Below, in pieces: positions 35,216 through 56,500 of a stretch of 63,678 bases of DNA; within the stretch, counting starts at the first letter, position 1; every line of letters begins with the position of its first letter. Below the pieces are notes generated by a model. It saw only the letters and a program-made list of their open reading frames with translations. It was not told the DNA's origin and ran no database searches. Position numbers and translations under genes: made by a program. Source of the stretch: Macrostomum lignano (taxonomy: Eukaryota); contig NIVC01000170.1 in assembly GCA_002269645.1 (NCBI GenBank), positions 1-63,678 on the forward strand. Reading direction: 5' to 3'.

Positions 35216-38063
35216 TTGTCGGTCTCCCGAGCATAAGTCACTACGCAGCGCGGCTGAATTAAAGAAATAAAAATTTTATATTTGGCATTATTATTTGCAG
35301 TGCACATGAAAAGACGGAAAACCCCGTACATACATACATGTAACTGTCTTTGAGACCGATCATTGAATCCTGGCCAAGACCATGCACTAATATATCTGGC
35401 CAAGGTACTAATATTAGTTTGCTCGATCTCGATTTGTCGATCGATCGATTTCTTTGTTTGATTCTGTTTTTCTGATTCTGTGTGGCAGTATTTTTTGTAC
35501 CACAGTTGAGAAAATTTTTTTTGCCATTTGCTTCCGATTTGTACTTTTTGATCAATTTTGTGGTAGTACATAGTTTGAGTCGTGCAACACACATGTACAT
35601 TTATACAAACGAAAGCAGGAAGGCAGTTTTGCTGATTAATTAATGCTGTTTATCCTCAACTTTGATGCGAGCTCTGTGATTGAGAAGCTAAGCTGGCTGA
35701 AGGTGACAGTAGTAGTTGATAGCCATGCAGTCGTCGATCAATCAACAGCCGAACAAGGGAAGGGGCCCTAATTATTCAGAATCATGCAAGGCCGAAATCG
35801 CAAGGCTTACTTTAAGAAGCTTAAAGGAATTCAATAATGAATTAGTACATGTTATACTTGACCTTTAATATCAATATATGCCCCAGGGCCCACACAGGGC
35901 CCAAGTGAGGCCTTGTACAAGTACCACTTGATCTGAGAGTTCGATTCCCACCTTAAGTGCCTTAGCCGTGCCATGTGCATCGGTCTCAAATAAGTACATT
36001 ATTTTTGGCTTTGAAAAACAGACAGCAAAATGGCACTACAGATCCCACTAAAACTAAAGCGGTGGAATCTAGACTAAGCCTTACATGCGTATCATCTAGG
36101 AAATCCGACTTTAATGAAGCCAGCCTGCTGATCAGCAGCTTCAAGCTAAATTTAGCTTGTTTGCACATATGCCTGGCGGAGAGCTTATAGTTAAGTCCTC
36201 TGATTAGCTGAGCTAATAATTGCTGCCTTTCCTATAGTTCTCCCCGCATGTTTGTTCTCAATTCTCTTTTTTTTGCTTTCAACTGTATATAGGACCTTGC
36301 CATGCCAGCTGGGTCGCGTTAGGAGGTCAAGAGGAGTATGGAAGACAGGCCGAGTGCTCAAGGGTGGATCACTGACTACAGTCCAGTGAGGCAAATACCA
36401 TGCTGGTGGGGTATAGACAGAAACCTATCACACCTGTACAATATTGTATCAATCACGGACAGCTGGAGTAAGAAGGACCCATGAATGCTATAGATTTCCT
36501 AGATGATAAAAAAATAATGAAACAATAAACCGCGAACAAATTGCATACATGTAGGTTCTCTACAGATCTGGATAAAATCCGTTGAAATAAAAAAATTTAG
36601 GTCAATTTTTTCCTGTAATGTTTTGTAATGCCAGACACTGTGTGCTGATATCACGTGACACTTCTGAAGGCCGTGACGCGCTTTTTCTATTTCAGCCAGC
36701 TAGTAGAAAATATCTCTACTAATATCTAGTAGAGAGAGTGAGTCTTTTGGCTCGCGTAGAGTGTAGCGTCTTCCTTAAATGTCAAAAGTGTGACAAATAT
36801 GATGCATAGTAGAGAATTAAAAGCATGTGGTTTCGAAGAAAGTCAAGTTCAATGTCAATCTATACTTCTGTTGTCTATGTTATCCATTTCGTTAGTCGGG
36901 GAATTTTATATCGAAATTACAAGCTTGAGAATTGGTTTTCTTATTCTTACTCAGCCTACGAGCAACCAAACTCATCCAAATGGTTTACTTCGATGCCACG
37001 GACTTCAATTCATCTACGAGTCATCATCTGTGTATTATGCAGTGCTAAGTTTACATGACAAGCCAAATAATTTATCTACAAATCCCTAAGGAAATTGCAT
37101 AGAGCATGTGTGTTTATGCTTTGGATGAGATAGATTGCTTGTAGACTGACTTGGGAGCGCGTCCTTGGGAACGCAGCCGTCTCTGAGATGCCGATCGGGT
37201 TACTTTTGTTGAAGGTCCCGACGGTCGCCAACGATGCTCCAGACGGTGATGAAGGGGACCCTGATGCCTGGGATTCTGAGAGCAAAAGTCCATGCGATTG
37301 ATATGCATTGTTTGTTGAGCCGACGTGGTTTCACGATGAGATTTTGTGAGCAGAAAAATTTTGCCAATGTTTAGTGGTTTTTGCTACAAGACACCCCTAG
37401 GAGAATCGTTGAAGATCTCGACGATGTCGATTTTTCGTGATTCTCGAAGTTGCTTCATCAAATAGAGCGGGAAATTTTAGCCCGTGTTCTGAATTTTCAT
37501 GGCAATTGGTTGAATATTTTTGGAGATCCAGACAAAGGAAAAATGTGTGTATTTCAAATACACCCCCATGGTCTTTCTACTGTTAAGGGATTGAATGAAC
37601 GCAGTCTGTTCGTGCTTAAACTAAACTGCTTTGAACAGAACAGTTAGACCAGGTGCACTGTATATGCTATTATTTGCTCAGGTGAAATAGGCCAATGCAG
37701 TATGGTGCAGTTACCGGTATACTAAAATTTCCACTCATAATCTGAAGCGACTTACGCAGCTGTATTCAACTAATTGTTGAGATCAATATTCTGTACTTGT
37801 CTAGCCTCTCCAACCGGATATAAGAGTGCCCACAGCAGCCAGAGTTAGTCCGCGAACCAATGGCAGTCGCTTCAACAATTCCAGTAAATACATCAACAAG
37901 GAAAACGACTGATTTCCAATGGTAGCTTAGCTATTGACTGATTGGTTTATTGAGTTTGACATTAACCATGGGCCTTGCTTGAAGGAAGCTGCAGGAAACT
38001 GCTAGCACGGATGCTGCATGTCAACGAGCCCTGTGAGTCACAAGGACATTCAAAAGCTTGCCA

Positions 38064-39686
38064 ATGAAACAGCACAGCTCCCTGCTGTCCCAACACCTGG
38101 CCCGGTTCGTTGCCGACTCCTCAGTTCGGTCTCTGCGACGGACTGTTCTGTCCGACATCCAGCCTCTGCGCGTCTTCTGGACGCTGTTCGTCCTGGCGTG
38201 CTTCGTCGGCATGACTCTGCACCTGACGCTGCTGTCGTTAAACTTTCTCAAAGGTGACCTGGCTGTCGATATGAAATTCTCGTCTACTGCAGAGCAACCG
38301 TTTCCGAGCGTGTCTTATTGTGACGGCACTCAGTTCAGCGAGGAATCGCTCAAATACTTGGCCACGGAGCGAATTCTGAGTCCGAAAAAGTTTTCCGATT
38401 ATGTTCGCGAGCAGGTGAAAAATTTCTACCGCAGGCAGCCCGATATTGATCGTGGTTTTGCACTGTTGATTGAGAATTACAATAACTATTTAGCCACTGT
38501 GCTCGGGACTCTGGCTAAGGCCAAGCGAAGTCAGTACGAAATCACTAACCTGGGCGCGAGCACCGGAGCACCTCTCATTCGGGTGTTGCTGATCTCTGGC
38601 AGAGTGATGTGGCTGGCGCCCAGTGCCTACAGGCTGGTCTCATTTCACCACCCGAGTTACATCAGCTGCCACACCATCACTCTGCCAGCTAACCTGTCCA
38701 AACTGGCACAGTCAATCATTCTGGTGATGCCCAGGACAGAAGCGAACTTCAGCGGTAACCCTTCATATTCCGATCAAATATTCAACACATTCCCGATTGA
38801 CGGTCTGACATCCATGAACGGCTTCGTGTTTGACCTGCATAGCGAGCACTCGGTGCCATTTTCGCACAGCAAACTTCTGCTACCTGCTAACTATTTTAAC
38901 CAGGTGAAGTTTACTCAGTGCAGTCTGCAGAGACTGAAATGCAGCAACCTGCCTGGCTGGCACATGGAGTACCGCATGGACAATGGCACGCTTCGCAAAC
39001 GGTACTTCGACTATAACAAGGAGATGTGCATAGTGCAGAGTATACGCGGCGAAGTTCACCGAAGCTGCAACTGCACCCTCGACATGAGCATGATGAACCT
39101 GACAGATGACTTGCCTCGCTGCAACGCATTTGCGCCGGAAGCGGACATCGTTGAAACCTACAAACAACGCGAATTATGCGTTGGTAGAGTATTGAGCGCT
39201 TCGAAGGCCTACGAAGACCAGTGTGAAAGCTCCTGCCGGGAAGTCTGGTTTCCCTCCACAGTGTCCGGAGCGCCCTACGCGCCGATAAACGCTTTGCAGC
39301 GCTGCGTAGTGCAGAAGACCATCTATGAGATGAACCACCAGGGTGCCACTATCTCCGATATTGAAGACGCTCTGCTGCGCAACGCCAGCCTGAATCAGTC
39401 GGCATCGAGTCTCTGCGGCAACGTGTCGCAATCGAACGTTTTCATCGTCGAGCTGACTAGGAACCCGTTCCTGCTGCAGAGCTTCCGCCAGACTCCAATC
39501 ACCACCCTGCCCGTGTTCCTGTGTCAGGTGGGCAGCATCTGCGGCATCTGGTCGGGTCTGTCTATCGCCATAATTGCCGAGCTGGTGGATTTGATTTTCC
39601 GGTTGGTCCGCTACCGATGCAAGACGTCTAGCAGCGTCACAGTTGACTCGTTGCAGTTGGACTCGAGGGAGCTGCCTAAACTGTGA
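38064..39686 (+). CDS. DEG/ENaC (amiloride-sensitive sodium channel family) subunit, intronless, 540 aa
   Basis: TM1 VFWTLFVLACFVGMTLHL; post-M1 FPSVSYC (cf. FPAVTIC); Cys-rich thumb (CIVQSIRGEVHRSCNC ... CESSC); TM2 FLCQVGSICGIWSGLSIAIIAEL with a GxS filter; AATAAA at ~39865 and ~39874. The ORF track starts at TTG 38058; the first ATG is 38064. Confidence 0.9.
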   Translation: MKQHSSLLSQHLARFVADSSVRSLRRTVLSDIQPLRVFWTLFVLACFVGMTLHLTLLSLNFLKGDLAVDMKFSSTAEQPFPSVSYCDGTQFSEESLKYLATERILSPKKFSDYVREQVKNFYRRQPDIDRGFALLIENYNNYLATVLGTLAKAKRSQYEITNLGASTGAPLIRVLLISGRVMWLAPSAYRLVSFHHPSYISCHTITLPANLSKLAQSIILVMPRTEANFSGNPSYSDQIFNTFPIDGLTSMNGFVFDLHSEHSVPFSHSKLLLPANYFNQVKFTQCSLQRLKCSNLPGWHMEYRMDNGTLRKRYFDYNKEMCIVQSIRGEVHRSCNCTLDMSMMNLTDDLPRCNAFAPEADIVETYKQRELCVGRVLSASKAYEDQCESSCREVWFPSTVSGAPYAPINALQRCVVQKTIYEMNHQGATISDIEDALLRNASLNQSASSLCGNVSQSNVFIVELTRNPFLLQSFRQTPITTLPVFLCQVGSICGIWSGLSIAIIAELVDLIFRLVRYRCKTSSSVTVDSLQLDSRELPKL

Positions 39687-39916
39687 CGTCACGTCAGACT
39701 TCGCTAGTCCGAGTGCTGTAATCGGCATGCAAGCTGACACGAGGCTGAACCCAAACTTTTACCCTAAAAACTAAAACCAAGAGCCGAATTAACGCGTATT
39801 TAAATTAGGCGTCTCTCTAACAGCTACGAACGAAAGATTTTGTGTTGCATGTGTGAAAACAGAAAATAAAAGCAAATAAAGTATCAAATAACAAATAATT
39901 TCAAGTCCACACAGAA

Positions 39917-48493
<8,577 letters not shown>

Positions 48494-49064
48494 TGAGCTC
48501 AATCGTTGCAGATTCGGTCCATCAGAATCTGACAGCTGCAATCCGAGCAAACGGTATCTTGAAATTGGTCTCTTTGAGCTGTAGGATCCGACAGATTTGG
48601 AAAACATATCGATAGTTCAATTACAGCAGAACTCACGCATCAAGTATTGAAACGGGGGCCGAGAGAGACAGTCTAGCTAGCGTCCCTGTCGCTTCTCAGA
48701 CCCTTATTATTTTCTGCTCACAGAAAGGCGACTCTCAGCGTGAGGTGCTCAAGGTCCCTAACTCCCCTCTCTACCCCCTCTCTGTCTCTCATTCTGTCAA
48801 GTGGATGACAATCTTTGGGAGTTCTGTGTCCAACTGGAAAGAATTGCTGAAAACCTGCATGCTAGGGAAAGAAGACTTTTTGGTAGGCGACCAGAGCTTT
48901 GCAGACTCTGCACGGGGAGTCTCCATCACTTCTTCTGCGCAAGAGGAAAACAATAAAAGAAAGATGGTTAGAGTGAAGTCTGTCGTATCTTGCAAATCAA
49001 TAAGCTGTCCTTTGCTTGCCAGTAAGATTGCCATGTTAGTAATGTTAGTTGTATTCATTAGTTT

Positions 49065-49765
<701 letters not shown>

Positions 49766-49827
49766 TTCCAATCAACTTGCGTGCTTCACTTTTTACTTAA
49801 TCGTAGTTTTTTAGTTTTGTCAGCAAC

Positions 49828-50850
49828 TCAGCCAGTCTGTCTCAATCGCGCCGCTTTGTTCTCAATATGCCAGGTATAATGTGCATAATTTATGACCTTG
49901 CTAGTAATGCCTGCTTGATACTCTCTCAGCTCATTATGCTGCTTTATTGATAGATACTTCAGTGCACCAGGTGGTGTTGTCCAGTTTTTGGAAAACTTTG
50001 AAAACGCTGTTAAAACCCAAGCACTGTCAATTTTTAATCATACTACTGACAACAGGTAAGTGCAGTATGTAAGTAGTGTGTAAATAAAGTTGTTCATTTT
50101 TTTCCTACAATCATCGTGGTTGCCATTGGCGATGTTTTGGGCGTCAGATTAAATATACGCTCGTACTTTGACTGCCAGGGTTGCGCCACTTCAAGTGTCA
50201 GGGTGGCGCCACTTTGACTGTCAGGGAAGCGCCACTTTGACTGTCAGGGAAGCGCCACTTTGACTGTCAGGGAGGCGGCACTTTGACTGTCAGGGAAGCG
50301 CAACTTTGACTGTCATGGAAGCGCAACTTTGACTGTCAGGGAAGCGCAACTTTGACTGTCAGGGAAGCGCAACTTTGACTGTCAGGGAAGCGCAACTTTG
50401 ACTGTCAGGAAGGCGTCACTTTGACTGTCAGGGAGGCGGCACTTTGACTGTCAGGGAAGCGCCAATTTGACTGTCAGGGAAGCGCCACTTTGACTGTCAC
50501 GGAGGCGCTACTTTGACTGTCAGGGAAGCGCCAATTTGACTGTCAGGGAAGCGCCAATTTGACTGTCAGGGAAGCGCCAATTTGACTGTCAGGGAAGCGC
50601 CACTTTGACTGTCACGGAGGCGCTACTTTGACTGTCAGGGAAGCATCAGTTTGACTGTCAGGGAGGCGCCACTCTGGCAATAGGAAGCTACTAGCGCTGG
50701 AAAACAGAGGATGACCCCCAGCAGCAGCCGTGCGGCTTTGAAGTCAGCCAATTGCTCACTTGCAATCAACTCGTTTTGAGCATCGATTAGCCCAACTCGC
50801 AACAATTTTTCACTTTCTGCCGGACTGCAGGGAGCCGGCCGTTTACTCAT
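49828..50850 (-). CDS. Putative two-exon small protein (89 aa): join(50850..50760, 50006..49828)
   Basis: ATG 50850; donor GCAA|gtgagc (phase 1); acceptor tttaacag|CG (phase 1); second exon open for 58 codons to TGA; the intron holds a minisatellite like the neighbouring genes. No homology recognised. Confidence 0.4.
50170..50665. repeat. 23-bp minisatellite (gcgccactttgactgtcagggaa)
   Basis: Direct reading; contains the TGAC-T-GTCA inverted motif. Confidence 0.93.
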
Positions 50851-50974
50851 CCGGTGGGGTGGGGGGTTGGGGCCGATCGTGGTTTGGAAAAATGAGTTGA
50901 AATTGTTTTGCCCTATGCGCGGTTTTTAGGGCAGTTCCGTTCTGTGTGCAACAGTGGCCGTGGCCTAGTTTGCT

Positions 50975-51938
50975 GTGGACACCCTCAGTGTCTCTGGTGT
51001 GGACACCCTCAGTGTCTCTGGTGTGGATACCATCAGTGTCTCTGGTGTGGACACCCTCAGTGTCTCTGGTGTGGATACCATCAGTGTCTCTGGTGTGGAC
51101 ACCCTCAGTGTCTCTGGTGTGGACACCCTCAGTGTCTCTGGTGTGGACACCATCAGTGTCTCTGGTGTGGACACCCTCAGTGTCTCTGGTGTGGATACCA
51201 TCAGTGTCTCTGGTGTGGACACCCTCAGTGTCTCTGGTGTGGACACCCTCAGTGTCTCTGGTGTGGACACCATCAGTGTCTCTGGTGTGGACACCCTCAG
51301 TGTCTCTGGTGTGGACACCCTCCGTGTCTCTGGTGTGGACACCCTCCGTGTCTCTGGTGTGGACACCCTCAGTGTCTCTGGTGTGGACACCATCAGTGTC
51401 TCTGGTGTGGACACCCTCAGTGTCTCTGGTGTGGACACCATCAGTGTCTCTGGTGTGGACACCCTCAGTGTCTCTGGTGTGAACACCCTCAGTGTCTCTG
51501 GTGTGGACACCCTCAGTGTCTCTGGTGTGGACACCCTCAGTGTCTCTGGTGTGGACACCATCAGTGTCTCTGGTGTGGATACCATCAGTGTCTCTGGTGT
51601 GGACACCCTCAGTGTCTCTGGTGTGGACACCCTCAGTGTCTCTGGTGTGGACACCCTCAGTGTCTCTGGCGTGGACACCCTCAGTGTCTCTGGTGTGGAC
51701 ACCCTCAGTGTCTCTGGTGTGGACACCCTCAGTGTCTCTGGTGTGGACACCATCAGTGTCTCTGGTGTGGACACCCTCAGTGTCTCTGGTGTGGACACCC
51801 TCAGTGTCTCTGGTGTGGACACCCTCAGTGTCTCTGGTGTGGACACCCTCAGTGTCTCTGGTGTGGACACCCTCAGTGTCTCTGGTGTGGGCACCCTCAG
51901 TGTCTCTGGTGTGGGCACCCTCAGTGTCTCTGGTGTGG
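50975..51938. repeat. 24-bp minisatellite (gtggacaccctcagtgtctctggt), ~40 units
   Basis: Direct reading. Confidence 0.97.
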
Positions 51939-52090
51939 TTTATGATATCACCTGCTCTCAGTAGCGGCGGCCAGCGTAATGTGCACCAGCACGCGACCCC
52001 CCCCCCCCCTAATCACGAGTCCAATGCGAGAGCAATAAAACCGAGCTATAATTCCTTTGCAATATCATCTGAGCAATAGATTTAATAGCA

Positions 52091-52511
<421 letters not shown>

Positions 52512-53149
52512 AACTACCTATCTGAAGAGATTCTAACAGAGCCTGAAGAAGGCAAGCCAGCCAAAGCAACAGAACAGAAAGGCTTTTAGCTCCGGGCCAG
52601 ACGGGCTGGTTGGGGGCTGTGCCGAACTCGGACCGCCCCCCAACCCCACCCCCCTAAAAGGTGGCACACAGAGGGGGGCGGCAGAGAAGCAGCTGCGATC
52701 GAAGACGTGCCCCCTGACCCTCGTCCCGGCAACAGCGCTTCAACTCCCAGTGGGGAACCCTAGCTGAGTCGCATACGACTACTCGGCAAAGTTTAAGCAA
52801 GCCATACCATGCATAGTCTCTCCCGCTTAGACAAGCCGGGTTGTCTTCATTGCAGTCTGTTTGACAAATTGCTCGAACGGAGGGAAGAGAGGCAGTGCCG
52901 GTACTTCAGCAGTCCTGACACCGGGGCTGAAATGGGGAAGTCACTTAAACCTACCCAACTGAAGTAGCTGCTTATGGGGCTAAATATTGAATCGCTAGTG
53001 TGTCTCAATATTTATATTGATATCCAGAATGCTGCTCACTTTACTAGTACTTAGCACTGATTGACAGTTGATGGTGCTGAGTCTGCGTGAGCTTAATTTC
53101 GAAGAAGAGAGATTTCTCTTCCTATAGGAAGTTATTGTGTCGAAAGAGA

Positions 53150-53730
53150 GGAGAGAAAAGATGGGAGAGAGGGAGAGAGAGGGAGAGAGGGAGAGAGAGG
53201 GAGAGAGGGAGAGAGGGAGAGAGGGAGAGAGAGGGAGAGAGGGAGAGAGAGGGAGAGAGAGGGAGAGAGGGAGAGAGAGGGAGAGAGGAGAGAGAGGGAG
53301 AGAGGGAGAGAGAGGGAGAGAGGGAGAGAGAGGAAGAGAGGGAGAGAGGGAGAGAGGGAGAGAGAGGGAGAGAGGGAGAGAGAGGGAGAGAGAGGGAGAG
53401 AGGGAGAGAGAGGGAGAGAGGGAGAGAGGAGAGAGAGGGAGAGAGGGAGAGAGAGGGAGAGAGGGAGAGAGAGGGAGAGAGGGAGAGAGAGGGAGAGAGG
53501 GAGAGAGAGGGAGAGAGAGGGAGAGAGAGGGAGAGAGGGAGAGAGAGACAGAGAGAGACAGAGAAAGGAAGAGAGAGGAGAGAGAGAGAGAGAGGGAGAG
53601 AGAGAGAGAGGGAGAGAGAGAGAGGGAGAGAGAGAGAGGGAGAGAGAGGGAGAGAGAGAGACAGAGAGAGACAGAGAGAGACAGAGAAAGGAAGAGAGAG
53701 GGAGAGAGAGAGACAGAGGGAGAGAGAGAC

Positions 53731-53765
<35 letters not shown>
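53150..53765. repeat. (GA)n/(GAGAGAGG)n polypurine tract
   Basis: Direct reading; similar tracts at 54530-55000 and 55355-55510. Confidence 0.95.
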
Positions 53766-53827
53766 GGCACCTCCAATCTCAGGCCCTGACACGGTAGAAA
53801 GGACTGAACAAAGTCAATTTAGTTGGA

Positions 53828-53867
53828 TTGCCGATATTTCGAAATTATTAAATTTCTTCGTCAGAGC
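53828..53867 (-). ncRNA. Minimal type I hammerhead ribozyme, copy B (weakened stem I)
   Basis: Minus strand: GCU CUGACGA A GAAAUU uaau AAUUUC GAA AUAU C GGC; 6-bp stem II; predicted cleavage after C at 53833. Confidence 0.7.
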
Positions 53868-54627
53868 TGTAAGCGAGTAAAATTTATTATGCGTGAATTG
53901 CCGTCAATATATAAAGGCGATATCGCCAGGGAGAGACGATCGATAAATGGGTGTGCTCAAGCACTTAAAACAGTACGCATGGCCAGTACATTAAAACGAG
54001 TCTGAGACTCTGAGAAATGCGGAGGGGGTGGCTAGAACTGTACAAGTGGGCCTAAACGACCTTAAAGTGTAGGAGAACAATTGTAAAATTAAAAGGCATA
54101 ATAAATAGACAAGGTAAATAAAAAGTTAGTAAAAGCTCAGAGCAAAAAATGCAGGTGCACCGTACACAGTGTTTGAAAACCTTAGAATAAAAAAGCAGAG
54201 AAAAAAGAAACAAAAAAACCAATGAAAAAAATCACAGAGGGGAGCACAAAATAACAGTAAAAGACTTTGCACAGGCGTCAGAAAAAGGAATTAGTTGGCA
54301 GGATCCAGCCGGCTATGACAGAGCAGAGTACGGAGGCTCCTCCCCTTGGTGTAGGCGGGCAGCACCGGGGTCTCGCAGTGCCGTATCACCCTGTCCTTCA
54401 CCTTGGCAGCCAGGGCGTCGGAGGTCGCACAGTGCGGCAGGATCAGCGGGATGGCCGGTTTGTGCAGTATGCCGGCAAGTTCGTTGGCGCCGTGTGGAAC
54501 ACGAGTCCTCAGGACCTCGATGAACTTGGCGGGAGAGAGGGAGAGAGAGGGAGAGAGAGGAAGAGAGGGAGAGAGAGGGAGAGAGAGGAAGAGAAGGAGA
54601 GAGAGAGGAGAGAGAGGGAGAGAGAGA

Positions 54628-54679
<52 letters not shown>

Positions 54680-54713
54680 GGAGAGAGGGAGAGAGAGAGA
54701 GGGGGAGAGAGAG

Positions 54714-54747
<34 letters not shown>

Positions 54748-54836
54748 GAGAGAGGGAGAGAGAGAGGGTGAGAGGGAGAGAGAGAGAGAGGGAGAGAGAG
54801 GGAGAGAGAGGAAGAGAAGGAGAGAGAGAGGAGAGA

Positions 54837-54867
<31 letters not shown>

Positions 54868-55066
54868 GGGAGAGAGAGAGAGGGAGACAGAGAGAGAGAG
54901 AGGGAGAGAGGGAGAGAGAGGGAGAGAAGGAGAGAGAGAGAGGGAGAGAGAGAGAGAGGGAGAGAGAGAGAGAGAGAGGGAGAGAGAGAGAGAGAGGAGG
55001 GCGCCTCCAATCTCAGGCACTGACGCGGTACATGTAAAAAGGACAAACAAGTCAAGTTGATTTAAG

Positions 55067-55107
55067 TTGCCGATATTTCGAATTAGGTAAATTCTTCGTC
55101 AGGGCAA
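55067..55107 (-). ncRNA. Minimal type I hammerhead ribozyme, copy A
   Basis: Minus strand: UUGCC CUGACGA A GAAUU uaccu AAUUC GAA AUAU C GGCAA; 5-bp stem I, 5-bp stem II, palindromic AUAU stem III; AUC cleavage triplet (C at 55072). Confidence 0.82.
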
Positions 55108-55844
55108 ATGAAAAGTAGCGACAAGTGGTGTTGTAAAAGTTATTAAATAGGCGGGTTAGAGGGGAGAGAGAGTAGACAGGTAGATAGAGAGCGTACGGTG
55201 TGTACACTTGGTGTGAGTCGATAAAACACTATTAGAGTTGAAAATGCAAAATAAAAAACAGTGCACAAATAAAGTGAACCGCACGTGGGCTGCAGCGATC
55301 CTACACAGGAAATAAATAATGGAGTGGTGCAACTGCACCGGTGTCTAAAAAGGGGAAAGAGAGAGAGAGGGAGAGAGAGAGGGAGAGGGAGAGAGAGGGA
55401 GAGAGGGGGGAGAGAGGGAGAGAGAGAGAGGGAGAGAGGGAGAGAGAGAGAGGGAGAGAGAGAGGGAGAGAGAGAGAGAGGGAGAGAGGGGGGAGAGAGG
55501 GAGAAAGAGGAGAGCTTCACGGTGCATCGAGTTATTCAAACTAATTGACAACCTGTTTCAAGTCTCTGGGTTCTTTTCCAGGTCAGAGAAGATAAAAAGT
55601 AGCTTTCTACTACTACATGTAAGATTTTAAAAGCTAAAAAAATATTATACAAAACTTAGCAGTTTCTTAATTAGTTATCTAACAAAAATGCAGATTATTA
55701 ACACCACCGGCTGTTAAAAAGCCAATCCATGAGAAGAAGATAAGAAATCACTTGGCAGTTTCCTAAAATAATCACTGCTGTGTATAAATAGACAAGATTT
55801 CACTTACACTGCAGATTATAACAAATCTGTACTGCTGGGGTGGC

Positions 55845-56500
55845 GAGAGAGTGAGATTGAGAGTGAGAGGGAGATTGAGAAGGAGGGTGAGAGGGAGGGT
55901 GAGAGGGAGGGTGAGAGGGAGGGTGAGAGGGAGGGTGAGAAGGATAAGAAGGATGGTGAGAGGGAGGATGAGAAGGAGGGTGAGAAGGATGAGAAGGAGG
56001 GTGAGAGGGAGGATGAGAAGGGGTGAGAGGGAGGGTGAGAGGGAGGGTGAGAAGGTGGGTGAGAGGGAGGGTGAGAGGGAGGGTGAGAGGGAGGATGAGA
56101 AGGGGTGAGAGGGAGGGTGAGAGGGAGGGTGAGAAGGGGGGTGAGAAGGATGAGAAGGAGGGTGAGAGGGAGGATGAGAAGGGGTGAGAGGGAGGGTGAG
56201 AGGGAGGGTGAGAAGGTGGGTGAGAGGGAGGGTGAGAGGGAGGGTGAGAGGGAGGATGAGAAGGGGGTGAGAGGGAGGGTGAGAGGGAGGGTGAGAAGGG
56301 GGGTGAGAGGGAGGGTGAGAAGGAGGGTGAGAGGGAGGATGAGAAGGGGGTGAGAGGGAGGTTGAGAGGGAGGGTGAGAAGGATGAGAAGGAGTGTGCGA
56401 GGGAGGATGAGAAGGGGGTGAGAGGGAGGGTGAGAGGGAGGGTGGGTGAGACGGAGGGTGAGAGGGAGGGTGAGAGGGAGGGTGAGAGGGAGAGTGATGG
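55845..56500 (+). repeat. 12-bp G-rich minisatellite (gagggagggtga)
   Basis: Direct reading. Confidence 0.92.

Larger units (their letters stand above)
52995..55350 (-). mobile_element. Penelope-like retroelement (PLE) remnants: two tandem pseudo-LTR-like units, each hammerhead + ~70 nt + (CT)n + coding fragment
   Basis: Duplicated ~110-bp segment (53755-53865 and 54990-55105) carrying hammerhead cores; fragment KPAIPLILPHCATSDALAAKVKDRVIRHCETPVLPAYTKGRSLRTLLCHSRL resembles the post-RT PLE linker motif. Confidence 0.6.

Noticed and set aside
50908-51945. 345-aa (CLWCGHPQ)n Cys/His-rich ORF resembling a metallothionein or zinc finger
   Set aside because: It is a 24-bp minisatellite open in several frames, with no unique start or stop context.
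52543-52567. Third hammerhead-like string CTGAAGA-AGGC...GCC-AAAG on the + strand
   Set aside because: G12 of GAAA is missing and I could not pair stems I and III; at most a dead relic.
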